DNA from: a virus
Virus record (IMG/VR): IMGVR_UViG_3300030106_005057
Coordinates: 14,995 to 78,994 of that record
DNA length: 64,000 bases
Direction: 5' to 3' (one strand)
Positions 47,601 to 57,311 of the stretch are shown here, piece after piece (the first letter of the stretch is position 1; every line of letters begins with the position of its first letter). The position numbers and the translations under genes were made by a program. The notes under the pieces were generated by a model. The model saw nothing but the letters and a program-made list of their open reading frames with translations. It made no database searches and was not told the origin of the DNA.

Positions 47601-49042
47601 CCAGTAGCTGTCCAGCTATATGTGTTTGCAGAAATCTTAGCATTCAGGTCTCCACTGACGCCTGTAACATAGTTTGTAGTGGCATAAGAAGAGAGGTCTT
47701 GATCTGCACCGCTTATATTGAATACGTTTGAGCTAGTATTATAAGATACTGTAGTATTTCCAGCTCCAGTCCAAGTAACCGTCTGTCCGCTAGATATAGT
47801 GTCTGGGCTTGTGTCACCGTCAGTTACTTTGAAGTTGTAGTCTCCTCCGCCTCCTCCTCCAGCTGTTCCGCTTATTGTCACGGTGTTTCCGCTAGCGGCA
47901 TAGCTCACAGTTGTGTTCCCTGCTCCCGTGAACTTTACAGTATTTGTAGATTGTATGTTCTCTGAGTTAGAGCCATCTGTTACCGTCCAGTATTGGTAGT
48001 TGTCTTTACCTGTTGCTATCCCCGAAACAATACTTATTGCTGATGCGTTAGTAGCTCCAGTTGAGGCGATATTATTTGTGTTCTGTGTGATCTTTGTCTG
48101 GAGATCTCCTGATACGCCTGTTACGTAATCTGTTGTAGCATAGGAAGATAAGTCTTCGGACTGTCCACTTACCGTTACTGTTCTATTGTCTGTCCCTCCT
48201 AGGCTCACGCTCACACTTCCAGCGCCAGTTATTTTGACTAACTCGCCTTTATCTACAACTCCAGAAGTCGCTGAAGAATCTCCTTGTATAGTCCAATTAT
48301 TATATAACAATCCTGATACTGTATTTATATTTGAAGTATTAGAGGATATATTACTAGCATTTGTTGCTATTGAGCTAGCATTAGTAGCTCCTGTGGAAGC
48401 TATATTGTTAGAGTTCTGTGTGATTTGTGTTTGTAAATGGCCTGAAGCGCCAGTTACATATGCTTTCGTAGCATAAGACGATAGATCTTGTGACTCTCCG
48501 CTAACAGTGAATGTGTTTGTAGCTCCACTAGATAGAGATACGGTGACACTTCCCGCTCCAGTTACTTTAACATTGCCTGTTGTGGTTATATTAGATGTAT
48601 TGGAACCGTCTGTGGCCTTCCAATATAAGTAAGGGTTCGCGGCGGTACTCTGGTTTGTGCCGTCATTAAAAGTAATTCCTGTTTGCCCTACAGACAGGCC
48701 TGTTATAGAGACTACATTGTTCTCGTCACCAAATACTGCTTTTTCTGCGGGATATGTAACATACAGTAGTCCACTACCCTGAAAGTCTACTCTAGAACCA
48801 TTGTTGCTACTACTTAATACTGTGTCTCTTGAAAGCTTAGCTGGAGAACCAGTCGAATAAGTACCTATACCGACTTCCCATCCAGAAGGGGATTCTTCAA
48901 TAGCATAATAAGTCTTTGCTCCGTCTCCTAAGACCGAAAAGTCTTGGAAGCCGCTTGATGAATATGAAACATCTAGGTTCAGTGTTCCTGTACCGTAGGT
49001 GTTACTACCTTGCTTGATTCTATCTTTTATATTTATTGCCAC
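44642..49042 (-). CDS. long fibre protein (head or tail fibre)
   Basis: 1466 aa; KDRIKQ...WEVGIGTY N-domain; S/T-G-rich repeats; directly after the capsid gene. Confidence 0.75.
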   Translation of the reverse strand: MAINIKDRIKQGSNTYGTGTLNLDVSYSSSGFQDFSVLGDGAKTYYAIEESPSGWEVGIGTYSTGSPAKLSRDTVLSSSNNGSRVDFQGSGLLYVTYPAEKAVFGDENNVVSITGLSVGQTGITFNDGTNQSTAANPYLYWKATDGSNTSNITTTGNVKVTGAGSVTVSLSSGATNTFTVSGESQDLSSYATKAYVTGASGHLQTQITQNSNNIASTGATNASSIATNASNISSNTSNINTVSGLLYNNWTIQGDSSATSGVVDKGELVKITGAGSVSVSLGGTDNRTVTVSGQSEDLSSYATTDYVTGVSGDLQTKITQNTNNIASTGATNASAISIVSGIATGKDNYQYWTVTDGSNSENIQSTNTVKFTGAGNTTVSYAASGNTVTISGTAGGGGGGDYNFKVTDGDTSPDTISSGQTVTWTGAGNTTVSYNTSSNVFNISGADQDLSSYATTNYVTGVSGDLNAKISANTYSWTATGINTTGSRSGSVIESSDVLSVSGTSGVGVTFSSGTGSEPNQFTVSHNTGVLGNFGLNLTPNNFISRVELDAYGHITGLGYSGVTGAGGSGNYDNWKLAAFGGSSTDIDSGETVTFKGVNGASVTRSANIITIDAAGASGGGGSGISCSDINIVGSGGQLTVTRSDCTFTIAITGSGITGGGGGEDAYTHWILQADGKTANIQNGYAVTITGAGNNVVAMTTGDDPIVTISGVGDFYDGFYAKGVNTGGGAVNQRIENNDYIDIRGLMGLTVTASGKSGGVEYTVSGFEATDTITGVVKLDHNISGGSATTAATPSGVKKFVTGHLEASGYQYWTASDGLSTTQINKHDRLNIKGVGIVSGVGEFADDVSTITISGLRYTAGTGVHTIADSERIINVKAGTTSQSGIVLLDHDISGASPDTAATPSGVRQYVDDQIATSGFDYWTLSSEGASTEINKHDTVTIEGKGIVTGIFTVGDSSSTIKISGKEYSAGQGIGINGSRVISVTGIDGGMIVNGTVTNADLVNDSITITGANGITGGGEIELGGTGEIGCILGSTSATGIVMLQDSAEDGVTDKAITPNAVYDISGILRTDIDAKAPKTGSYLVLELSPDLSHERNFVAGTGLAGIDAGANNSFTLGISGIDSTMIVDGTVANVDLVNDSVTVNAGNGLNGGGEVDLGDAITINVSGIDGTMIVNNSIANEDLINDGITITAGTGLHNGGAVVLGSSVRVDVSGIDSSMIVNGSVANVDLVHDSVTVTAGTGLGNGGEIDLGTAKTIDITGIDSTMIVDGTVANVDLVHDSVTVTAGTGLGNGGEIDLGTTKTIDITGIDSTMIVNGSITCDDLGNTVNLDCITDNGATTTNNITIGMLDASGVRTPMKSGTGGSPQTFDLATASVFTHTMSASTEYTFNATNPTAGQRFMVRLENGGSSTVHTTGWFGDGATEWPSQTAPTLTSTAGFVDVFGFLCLRAGHYEGFIIAQNISGV
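45096..45800. repeat. 141-bp (47-aa) tandem coding repeats
   Basis: Units start at 45096, 45237, 45378 and then degenerate; the first two are nearly identical. Confidence 0.9.
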
Positions 49043-49066
49043 AGCAGTTAGCTCCCATCATTTATT

Positions 49067-49111
49067 AAAAAAAGCCGCCCCCAGCAACGCTAAGGTCACT
49101 AAAGGCGACTT
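49067..49111 (-). terminator. intrinsic terminator after major capsid gene
   Basis: AAGTCGCCTTTAGTGAC...GTTGCTGGGGGCGGCTT stem plus T run. Confidence 0.75.
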
Positions 49112-49135
49112 ATAGTTAAACTCTAAAAGAGTTTC

Positions 49136-50140
49136 TTAGAATGCACCAAGAAGAACTCTTCTGTTGTCTAATACAGCGAAGCCGTGCTCACCATAACCGT
49201 ACATACCAGCACGTCTTTGGCGATGAAGGGTATCATCTTCAAAGATCTGTACTTCCTGACGGACAGGCATTACAAAGCTGTCGTTGCTTGAAAGATCAAG
49301 ACCAACTACAATCTCTTTCTTGCTACCCGGCAATGTGCCGCTCAAGTCAGTGCTGTAGTAGTTCTGATACTCTTGACCTTCGCCAAGCTCATCAATGTCA
49401 TGAAGATTTACTTGGAAGATTCGAGTCAAAAGACCGCCTTCACGAGTAATAAGTTCGCGACGAGTGATGTCATCAACTTCGTCAACACCCCAGTTACGAA
49501 TGTCTTCAAGACCTTCTGGGCTGATGTATAGGTCAGTCATTTGGCCTCGGTTAATAGAAGAACTATTACCGCCACCATTACGTCTCATGATAGTCTTCAT
49601 AAGAGAAACGAGTCTCTTACTGAAGTATCCAGCAGACGCATCAGCATCGTAAACCAAGATGTTTCTGTCAACACCAGCACTCAAAATCGTGTGCCAACCG
49701 TCGTCATTCATCTTCTTAACGAACTGACCTTGGAGAACGTCCATTGCACGTCCTACAACGTCCCAACGAGCGTCACGAGCATATTTCAACAAGAAGTCGA
49801 TAGATGCACCAACGTCATAAGTTGGAACCATTACGTAGTCACCCTCAACATGTCGTTCAGGAATTCTACCATGATTAGGGATAGTATATGCTACGAAATC
49901 GCTTTCTGTACCGGGAGCGATGAAATCCAAAGGAAATTCAGCACTAGCACCGGGAGCAAGACGGACAGCTTCGTAGATACCATCGAGGATATCGCCACTC
50001 ATAACCCCTTTTCGAAGAGGAAGTTCAAGAGCTTTAGCAAGTTCTGCTGTTGCTCCCAAAGATTCTTCTTTGACTAATGAACCGGCTTGGCGTAGGACCT
50101 GATTCATTTCAGGAGTTGGATCAAATAACTTTCTAGTCAT
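49136..50140 (-). CDS. major capsid protein (HK97-like)
   Basis: 334 aa; order portal-protease-decoration-MCP; own terminator. Confidence 0.85.
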   Translation of the reverse strand: MTRKLFDPTPEMNQVLRQAGSLVKEESLGATAELAKALELPLRKGVMSGDILDGIYEAVRLAPGASAEFPLDFIAPGTESDFVAYTIPNHGRIPERHVEGDYVMVPTYDVGASIDFLLKYARDARWDVVGRAMDVLQGQFVKKMNDDGWHTILSAGVDRNILVYDADASAGYFSKRLVSLMKTIMRRNGGGNSSSINRGQMTDLYISPEGLEDIRNWGVDEVDDITRRELITREGGLLTRIFQVNLHDIDELGEGQEYQNYYSTDLSGTLPGSKKEIVVGLDLSSNDSFVMPVRQEVQIFEDDTLHRQRRAGMYGYGEHGFAVLDNRRVLLGAF

Positions 50141-50154
50141 TTCGGTTTTTCTCC

Positions 50155-50613
50155 TTATACGATGTTAATTTCTACTTTAGCGTAACCGTCCGCGTCTTCT
50201 TTGGAAAGAAAACGTCCGATTTGCGTAGTATTAAGCCCGCCACCAACAGTAGTGATTTGAGCACTATTATTAAAATAGGCTTTTGCACCAGCTGCTGGAG
50301 TACCAGCTACATTATCAGTTACAACAGTACCTCGACGCAACAACAAGACTTTACTGCCTTTTTGTACTTCGTCTTTGGCAAAATTAATATGTTGACGTGT
50401 TAGATCAAGTTCTACAACGTCATTCAAAAGCAATCCAGCGGGCTTATCTCCAGAACCTGTGGCTTTAATCACCAAGGCTGCTGAATCATCCATTGCTGCT
50501 CCAGAACCTTCCGAAGCTGTTGAGTGGGTGCAAATTACACCTCTCGTAGCTGTGTCGTTCATAAAGAAACTAAGGTCTGTGAGATGCTCGACTCTATCAG
50601 GTTTAAGTGCCAT
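50155..50613 (-). CDS. capsid decoration/cement protein
   Basis: 152 aa between scaffold and MCP; beta-rich pattern. Confidence 0.65.
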   Translation of the reverse strand: MALKPDRVEHLTDLSFFMNDTATRGVICTHSTASEGSGAAMDDSAALVIKATGSGDKPAGLLLNDVVELDLTRQHINFAKDEVQKGSKVLLLRRGTVVTDNVAGTPAAGAKAYFNNSAQITTVGGGLNTTQIGRFLSKEDADGYAKVEINIV

Positions 50614-50626
50614 TTAGAAATCTCCT

Positions 50627-52201
50627 TTACTCATTATTAAAAACATAGGAATCAACCCAATTTTGAAGACTAGCGCGAGTCTGTCCTGATTCATCTACTT
50701 CTTCTTCTTCGGAAGCAACTGACAAGTCAGCTTCTTCTTCGACGGAAGCAGTTTCAAGAACTTCTTCTGCTAATTCTTCGGCTTCAGCCTCAGCTTCAGC
50801 TTCTTCTTCAGCGTCTTCTGCTGGAGTCTCAGCTTCTTCGGCTTCATCGTCTCCTTCTGCTGCTTCAGTTTCTTCAACTTCAACAACTTCTGGTTGGATG
50901 CTAGCAATTGTAGCTACAACTTCACTAAATTGCTCGTCTGTAAGAGATGCAAAAGTTTCAAGCTTGGCTTCAACCTGATCTGCAGCAATACCTGCTTCGA
51001 TTAAGGCGGCGGCTCTCGCGTTTCGCTTTTCCTTCTCTTCCATTTCTGCGATTGCGGCTTCTGCTGTATCTTTAGCTTCAGTCAACTCAGCAATTGTAGC
51101 TTCAAGAGCTTCAATTTTTTCTGCGTCTGCTTTAGCTAATTCTTCAGCTTGTGCCACGGTTTCGCTCAAAGATTCAACTGTTTGGTTTAACTCAACAGCC
51201 TCAGCTTCAAGCTTTTCAACGTTAGCCTTAGAAACTTTTTCAGACAGCTCTTTAACTTCAGCTTGTGAAGTTGCTAGAGCTTCCTTAAGTTCTTTGACTT
51301 GTTCGTTTAAGAAATCGCTTGTCATAAGAATCTCCTCTTCGGAACCTGCGTTAGAAAGAATATTTTGTTCTACTCTAACTGATACACCATTATTTTTAGA
51401 AAACAGGTTTTTTGACACTGAAGCCCCTGCAAAATCGAAGATCTCATCATTATCGAAGATGACACTTTCTGGATTTGCTGGTTTTTCAACGAAACCTTTT
51501 CCTGAAAACGTAATATTTCTCAACATTCTGCCTACTTGATGGCCTTGATATTCTCCTGTACCTCCATATGATCTCAAATGCCTTGTTAGAAAAGAGGTTT
51601 CCTCATTCCTAGCAACAATATGATTATCACCATCTGGAGACTGGACAGCATAGTCAAAGCCTCTAAATATACACTCCATCGAGACGAACATATCACCATG
51701 TTCGATTTTTCTTATTAGTTCTTCTGCCCTTGCTTTGTATTCAGGATCTTGCCATTGTCTATAGATTACAGAAGAAACGAGTATGTGCATTTTATCAGGT
51801 AGGTCTTCCGCTGTTGAATTGTCATCTATAAGATTAAACTCATTATCGACAGGCCAGCTAGATATAATACTTCCAATTATTTTCTTTTCGTCGTGTTCTA
51901 AATTAGCAGGCTTATACTGAGGGGTCTTTCTAGCCGCCCAAACTTCCTCTGCTCCAAACACGTCGTCATTTCGATTCCAAGAAGATGTAACTAGTATAGA
52001 ATATGTGTGGTACACATCATCATCTTCAGTTCCGGCTACAGATAGAAACTCAGAAGCGTTTGACTTAAAAGAGTCTAGTACTGTAGATTTAATTTTGTCA
52101 GCTGGACATAACGGGGAGGCATACGCTATAGAAGCATTACTTCTAATCTGTTGCTCTAGTCCGGCTTCTTTTTCTGATTGATATATAATTATATTACTCA
52201 T
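50627..52201 (-). CDS. prohead protease/scaffold fusion
   Basis: NxNDD, NLEH, VSMEC protease-like motifs; acidic coiled-coil C-terminus. Confidence 0.75.
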   Translation of the reverse strand: MSNIIIYQSEKEAGLEQQIRSNASIAYASPLCPADKIKSTVLDSFKSNASEFLSVAGTEDDDVYHTYSILVTSSWNRNDDVFGAEEVWAARKTPQYKPANLEHDEKKIIGSIISSWPVDNEFNLIDDNSTAEDLPDKMHILVSSVIYRQWQDPEYKARAEELIRKIEHGDMFVSMECIFRGFDYAVQSPDGDNHIVARNEETSFLTRHLRSYGGTGEYQGHQVGRMLRNITFSGKGFVEKPANPESVIFDNDEIFDFAGASVSKNLFSKNNGVSVRVEQNILSNAGSEEEILMTSDFLNEQVKELKEALATSQAEVKELSEKVSKANVEKLEAEAVELNQTVESLSETVAQAEELAKADAEKIEALEATIAELTEAKDTAEAAIAEMEEKEKRNARAAALIEAGIAADQVEAKLETFASLTDEQFSEVVATIASIQPEVVEVEETEAAEGDDEAEEAETPAEDAEEEAEAEAEAEELAEEVLETASVEEEADLSVASEEEEVDESGQTRASLQNWVDSYVFNNE

Positions 52202-52220
52202 TTATCACCTCTTACTTTAA

Positions 52221-54386
52221 TTACACCAATAGACCATTTTTCTCCGACAAATAAGTATAATAAGAAGCACGTATGCTTCTGATCTCGTCGATAGCTAGGC
52301 GTTGATCTGAACATTCTGATGCTTCGGAAATCCATTTTCCACATTCATTATGTATAGATGGATTTTCCAGACCGGATTTTATAGCCGCAGCTACCGAACG
52401 CTCGTCTACGTTAGAGTTAGGCTCAAGAGAGCATAGTATTTCGAACTTAACCTTTTCTGAGTCGGCTATTTCATCAGAGCTAAGGCTTCTCATGTTCTTC
52501 TTTTCAAACCTATCTAATATAATAGGATTTACAATTTTTGATATTTTGGCTTGCGCTTTCTTAGCCCACAGTTCTGTTCTTGCTTTAAGTGCAGGTCTAA
52601 AACCTCTAGGCTGTCTAGGAGCTTGGTCATTAGAATTTTTAGGCCTTCCGGGAGATCCGGGAGAAGATGGTTCTTCAACCTTTATTGTTTCTTGTTTTGG
52701 ACCGCTACGCATTTCTAAAGCACTTTTCTCTTCAGGAGATTTGGGGTCTAGCTTTAACCCAACCTGAGAAGGACTGGCAACGCCAGTTTGTAATGCAATC
52801 TTCTGCTTAGAGAAATCTTTATCAACAGAATGGTATGGACTGACTTTTTCTTGCATTGAGCCTTTGTCTCTTTTCTTTGATTCGTTTGATATTCGTTTCT
52901 CTTCTATGTTTGGTTTAGCTTTGATCTGTCTTTGGATAAATTCATCACTTATAATGTTTCTATCAGCAAGATTTACCATCAGTTGCATCATCGAAGCTGG
53001 ATCGTCAAGCTGCATATAGTCAAACTCAACTTGAGGGGCTTGTCTAAAGCCCATTGACTTCTGTATAGCTTTGACCTGATAACTCCAGAACTGAACCAAT
53101 ATTGACCTTACATAGTTAAGTCTTTCAGTTAATGTCTTTAACGATATAAAATTATTGGTCGTTCCACTGGCTCCAAATGTTCCTGTAAGAGTGGGAGGTA
53201 TGCCTAAGCATGAATATATAGACATAAGAGTAGGTCTGTACTTTTCTTCCCCCAAGAACCTCTGCACATCCGTTCCTGTTTCTAGCAACTCAATATCTGG
53301 ACCCCAAACAATGTCCATAGTTCCGCCGCCAGTATTGGCCCCTAGTATGTTGCCAAGTGCCGATGCCGCAGTAGGCGTAGGTGCTAATTTATGATCTAGA
53401 CTCCCTAGCTTCCATACTCTTATTTTATTGACTGCCCCATCTAGAGCTGCTTTGTCGGCAAGCTTTAGCTTTTCGTATAGTATGAGATCATCAAAGCAAG
53501 CGTATGTCATAGGATCTGCCCATAGCTGCCAATCATCTTTCTTGTAAAAATAAGTGAATGTCTTATCTTCAGGGAGTATGATCCCTTTTGCGCCATTCTT
53601 AGTATCTAAGAACTCTTTAGGTATATTTTTCAGCATATCCTTTTCAGACGAGCTTCCAGAATTTCTTATTTTGTTAAGGTCTCTTTTAAGATCTTTTGGT
53701 ATATCCATTCTGTAGCTATACTGCCCAGACATTGATGCTAGAGGTCCTCCAACGACTTCTAACAATAAAGGGTCTAGAAAAGTATACTGCCAAGGTAGTT
53801 CACCCTTCCTGAATAAGTTCTCTTTGAGGTCGGCTTTCATGTCTATATCTGCAACAGCTCTTTGCATTTCTAGACGTTTGCTTTTATTGAGTTTTGCCGT
53901 CTTCATTCTTATAACAACATTTGCTTCTCTGAACAGGAGATTACAGAATCTTTCTGAAACAAAAGTTCCTTTTATTCTAGAAAACCAGTCGTTATAAAAT
54001 CTTTCTATTCTGGGATTAGGGTGAACTAATCTCACCCCTTGACATGCGAAGTCTCCCATCAAGTCAATTGAATTTCTTATAAGACCTATTTGCCTATAAG
54101 ATTTTCGAGCAAAGGAGATAATCTCTTTAGACTTGGTGGGGACTTTTTCGCTGGAACGGAAGTAATCATAGTCACTCTTTTGTAAACCCGGACGACCGCT
54201 CTGGTATTTTGTTATATTATCATAAGAGGTTCTAGAAGCGGCAGCGAACTCAGTTATGGTTGCGCTATAGTTACTTAGAGCCTGATCTCTACCCTCTTCA
54301 TCTTCCCAAGAGGCGTATGCCTCGCCATTTCGAAGAGCATAATCTAAGTCTTTTTGTTTACTTCTTGGATATTTTTTATCTACCAT
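52221..54386 (-). CDS. portal protein
   Basis: 721 aa, directly after TerL; LGIPP motif; GRP-containing tail. Confidence 0.8.
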   Translation of the reverse strand: MVDKKYPRSKQKDLDYALRNGEAYASWEDEEGRDQALSNYSATITEFAAASRTSYDNITKYQSGRPGLQKSDYDYFRSSEKVPTKSKEIISFARKSYRQIGLIRNSIDLMGDFACQGVRLVHPNPRIERFYNDWFSRIKGTFVSERFCNLLFREANVVIRMKTAKLNKSKRLEMQRAVADIDMKADLKENLFRKGELPWQYTFLDPLLLEVVGGPLASMSGQYSYRMDIPKDLKRDLNKIRNSGSSSEKDMLKNIPKEFLDTKNGAKGIILPEDKTFTYFYKKDDWQLWADPMTYACFDDLILYEKLKLADKAALDGAVNKIRVWKLGSLDHKLAPTPTAASALGNILGANTGGGTMDIVWGPDIELLETGTDVQRFLGEEKYRPTLMSIYSCLGIPPTLTGTFGASGTTNNFISLKTLTERLNYVRSILVQFWSYQVKAIQKSMGFRQAPQVEFDYMQLDDPASMMQLMVNLADRNIISDEFIQRQIKAKPNIEEKRISNESKKRDKGSMQEKVSPYHSVDKDFSKQKIALQTGVASPSQVGLKLDPKSPEEKSALEMRSGPKQETIKVEEPSSPGSPGRPKNSNDQAPRQPRGFRPALKARTELWAKKAQAKISKIVNPIILDRFEKKNMRSLSSDEIADSEKVKFEILCSLEPNSNVDERSVAAAIKSGLENPSIHNECGKWISEASECSDQRLAIDEIRSIRASYYTYLSEKNGLLV
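52222..52228 (-). promoter_or_regulatory. candidate late-promoter motif TGGTGTA (scaffold/capsid)
   Basis: TGGTGTAATTAAAGT overlapping the portal stop codon. Confidence 0.45.
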
Positions 54387-54434
54387 CTAAAAACCTCAAT
54401 AAGTATTAAGTTAAAAACAATACCTATTATAACT

Positions 54435-54441
54435 TACACCA
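54435..54441 (-). promoter_or_regulatory. candidate late-promoter motif TGGTGTA (portal)
   Basis: Intergenic TGGTGTAAGTTATAATAGG. Confidence 0.5.
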
Positions 54442-54444
54442 ATA

Positions 54445-56517
54445 CTATTTATTTTTCTTAACTACGAAAAAACTGTCTGAAGATATGTTCTCTGCCCATT
54501 GCGGCCCTTTATACATAGAGCCTCCTGCGTTTGGTGCCTGCTGCCCTACTATTACACCCACATGTTGATAGGTCGGGGCTGGGAGCTCTCTCTGAATTGT
54601 TCTAGCTATCATATTAGCTATAACCAAAGCGCTGTAACGGTCTTTCCTCATTCTTCCTTTTTTTCCAGAGCCTAACTTGACTTCTGGAGTATTCCATCTT
54701 TCCCTACCGGCTGTAGTTATACTCATAACTATTGTAGATAACTCATCTTTGAGTTCTTCTATCTCCATAGCCGCATCCTCTAATGTATCATAGAGCTTTA
54801 GGGCGTCAGAATTACCAAACTTTTCCTTCATTTCCTTAAAAAGTATCTTATCTTTTTCAGATGTCAAACTAAGTGTCAGTGTATCGAACCTAGGGAATAG
54901 GAGAACCTTATCCTCCAAGTCTTTTCTCATGCCATGATTAGCGTTTGAAGTCCAAGTAGAACTTGCAAAGTTAACTAGCTCTAAACAATGGTCTCCCGCA
55001 AGGTCGTCAGTATCTTTCTTCTTGTTCTCTTCTATAATAGGGTATATGGGTCTCTCGCCTTGTTGTAGTTTGTCTAAGTCTCTTAACCCTTCTGCAATTG
55101 TGAAACCTCCTCCTTGAGAGTCTATTCCAAGTCTAACACAAGGAAACAGTTTCATTAAGTTTCTTATCTTTCTAGCACAGAAAGAATAGTAATCATGAGA
55201 GTCTGTTAGCCCTACCTTCTTTCTGCCAGCAAAATCTTTCTTATTTGTTGTCCATGTGTAAACAACTCTCTGGTGCTCTGGATGAAGTTCTAAGACTACT
55301 ATAGCAAAGTTATCTTGCTCAGAAGCTGGGTCAACTCCAATAACATACTTCTTGTCTGGCTGTCCTCTTGTTATAGCATCAAATGGCTGGTCGCACCAAG
55401 TAGGCCAACCTGTCTTATCCACATTCTTATCATTCGCGACACAAGAATGTATCAGGCTTCTTCTAAAGAATCCTTGGCTGTCAGCTGTGAAGCATGCACC
55501 ATACTCCATTTGGTAAATACCATTATGCATAGTGGCTCTTGACCTAGCCACCTGTTGATCGTCCATGAAGCCTTCGGGAATCAACTCATATGGCATCCTT
55601 ATTATAGAGAATGATGTCCAGTCAAGTCTCTTCATGTAATCTGGAATATCTTCCTCATCTTCCTCATTCTCGGCTGCAACCTTCTTAAAATCACCACGAT
55701 TCAGAATTGTGGATTTATATTTCTTCCAGTACTCTGCGTATGGTTCGAAATCATAGCCTGCGGTTCCCGCTATAATCGACTGGTTCGTTTTTCTATCCTT
55801 ATAGGTTTCCTCTGAAGAATCTGACCAGACACCCTCGTCTTGCATCTTCTTTCTTCTAGCGGCTTCTTTGACATTCTGCGTAGGATTGCTAGATACCGCA
55901 GCAAAACCAGCTACAACTGTTTCATAGATATGAGTTGGAATAGAATTAAATTCGTCTGCAATAATAGTGTGGGCTCTCAAACCTCTAATCTTATTTCCAT
56001 CCCCTAGAGGAACAGCCATTGCCCAGCTATCATTAACCTTCATAGTGCAACGATCCACATCTCTTCTTGGGCCACTAGCATCAGAGCATATGCTTTGTAA
56101 AATAGGAGCGTTTCTCCATATTGTATCCATATACTCAAAGATGACTTTTGATTGACGGAAAGCTGCCCCTACTATAACTATCTTTGTTCCGGGTATTAAT
56201 GTGCATTTCAAAACACAGTAGACTGCAAGAAGAAAAGACTTACCAAAACCACGAGAAGCAATATACATAGGAAATGGACGTTTCCATAGTTCTCTAAGTA
56301 CACATGTCTGCACAGGGAGTAGGTCTATACCCATTAGAGTTTTAACCGTCCAGTGGAAGTATTCTGGATCTCTCATCTTCTTTATTATATGCAGATGAAA
56401 ATTATTCTTCTCTTCGTCTGTTAATCCAGATAAAGGAGAGCCAGCTTGCTTAAGATCCTCTTCTGAAAGACCCAACCAAGCATTGTCATAGGAATTTACA
56501 TCAATTGTAAAGCTCAT
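54445..56517 (-). CDS. terL: terminase large subunit
   Basis: Walker A ASRGFGKS, Walker B IIADE, nuclease GVDPAS, KDRYSA. Confidence 0.93.
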   Translation of the reverse strand: MSFTIDVNSYDNAWLGLSEEDLKQAGSPLSGLTDEEKNNFHLHIIKKMRDPEYFHWTVKTLMGIDLLPVQTCVLRELWKRPFPMYIASRGFGKSFLLAVYCVLKCTLIPGTKIVIVGAAFRQSKVIFEYMDTIWRNAPILQSICSDASGPRRDVDRCTMKVNDSWAMAVPLGDGNKIRGLRAHTIIADEFNSIPTHIYETVVAGFAAVSSNPTQNVKEAARRKKMQDEGVWSDSSEETYKDRKTNQSIIAGTAGYDFEPYAEYWKKYKSTILNRGDFKKVAAENEEDEEDIPDYMKRLDWTSFSIIRMPYELIPEGFMDDQQVARSRATMHNGIYQMEYGACFTADSQGFFRRSLIHSCVANDKNVDKTGWPTWCDQPFDAITRGQPDKKYVIGVDPASEQDNFAIVVLELHPEHQRVVYTWTTNKKDFAGRKKVGLTDSHDYYSFCARKIRNLMKLFPCVRLGIDSQGGGFTIAEGLRDLDKLQQGERPIYPIIEENKKKDTDDLAGDHCLELVNFASSTWTSNANHGMRKDLEDKVLLFPRFDTLTLSLTSEKDKILFKEMKEKFGNSDALKLYDTLEDAAMEIEELKDELSTIVMSITTAGRERWNTPEVKLGSGKKGRMRKDRYSALVIANMIARTIQRELPAPTYQHVGVIVGQQAPNAGGSMYKGPQWAENISSDSFFVVKKNK

Positions 56518-56980
56518 ATACTTTTCTCATTATATAAAATGCTGCGTCGGACGCTCTGACCTTGTCTCCACAGGCTATAACGTGAATGCCATGCTCAAGT
56601 CTAGCGGTTGAGATAACCCTATTCATGTACTTGCCTTTTATTCTTATCTGGTTCCATTTGCTTTTCGGAACAGATGAGCCCACAGGATATCTCTCAATAT
56701 CTGCCCAGCTAAATTCAAAAATTAAAAATGCGAAAGGGAAAGTAGCCATCTTCTTAAGCTCTGCGTGGAATCTCTTCTCACTACAGTTTCCTGCGAACTC
56801 AGATACACTCTCCTTCCTTTCAATACACAGAATGTGCTCCATGCCTTCAATTGCATAATCACCAATGTCTACTTTAGCCACAGTAGTTCCCGAGCAGTAT
56901 GCATTTTCATCATACCACCAACCATGGCCTTTTTTCTCTCTGGTATCTTTAATTATCTGAAATCTATTTTGTTTCGTCAT
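56501..56980 (-). CDS. ERCC4/XPF-domain nuclease
   Basis: DTRE, IGDY, IERK motifs. Confidence 0.85.
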   Translation of the reverse strand: MTKQNRFQIIKDTREKKGHGWWYDENAYCSGTTVAKVDIGDYAIEGMEHILCIERKESVSEFAGNCSEKRFHAELKKMATFPFAFLIFEFSWADIERYPVGSSVPKSKWNQIRIKGKYMNRVISTARLEHGIHVIACGDKVRASDAAFYIMRKVYELYN

Positions 56981-57311
56981 CTTCTTTTTTCTTGTTTAAT
57001 CTTTGTATTGCTTGATGCTCCAATAATTTATAAAAAAATGACTCGTATACCTCTTCATTTCCTTTTGTGAGATCATGGCACTTCTTGCAAAGTGTTATTC
57101 CGTTGCTTACATCATATCTCATAGAGGGATGACTCGCCCACTTCTTTATGTGATGGACATGTAAGGTCTTTTTAGATTCGCATCCGGGATACATGCACTT
57201 ATTACCATCTCTAGAACGAACCTGCTTGCGAAAGTTCGCATAAGCAGGATCATTGTAGTTTCTAGAACTAGCCTTGTTATATCTTCTGTAGCTCTTCTTT
57301 TTTTTCGGCAT
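56964..57311 (-). CDS. HNH endonuclease (terminase-associated)
   Basis: RDGNKC..C, LHVHHI, NGITLCKKCH. Confidence 0.9.
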   Translation of the reverse strand: MPKKKKSYRRYNKASSRNYNDPAYANFRKQVRSRDGNKCMYPGCESKKTLHVHHIKKWASHPSMRYDVSNGITLCKKCHDLTKGNEEVYESFFYKLLEHQAIQRLNKKKEDDETK

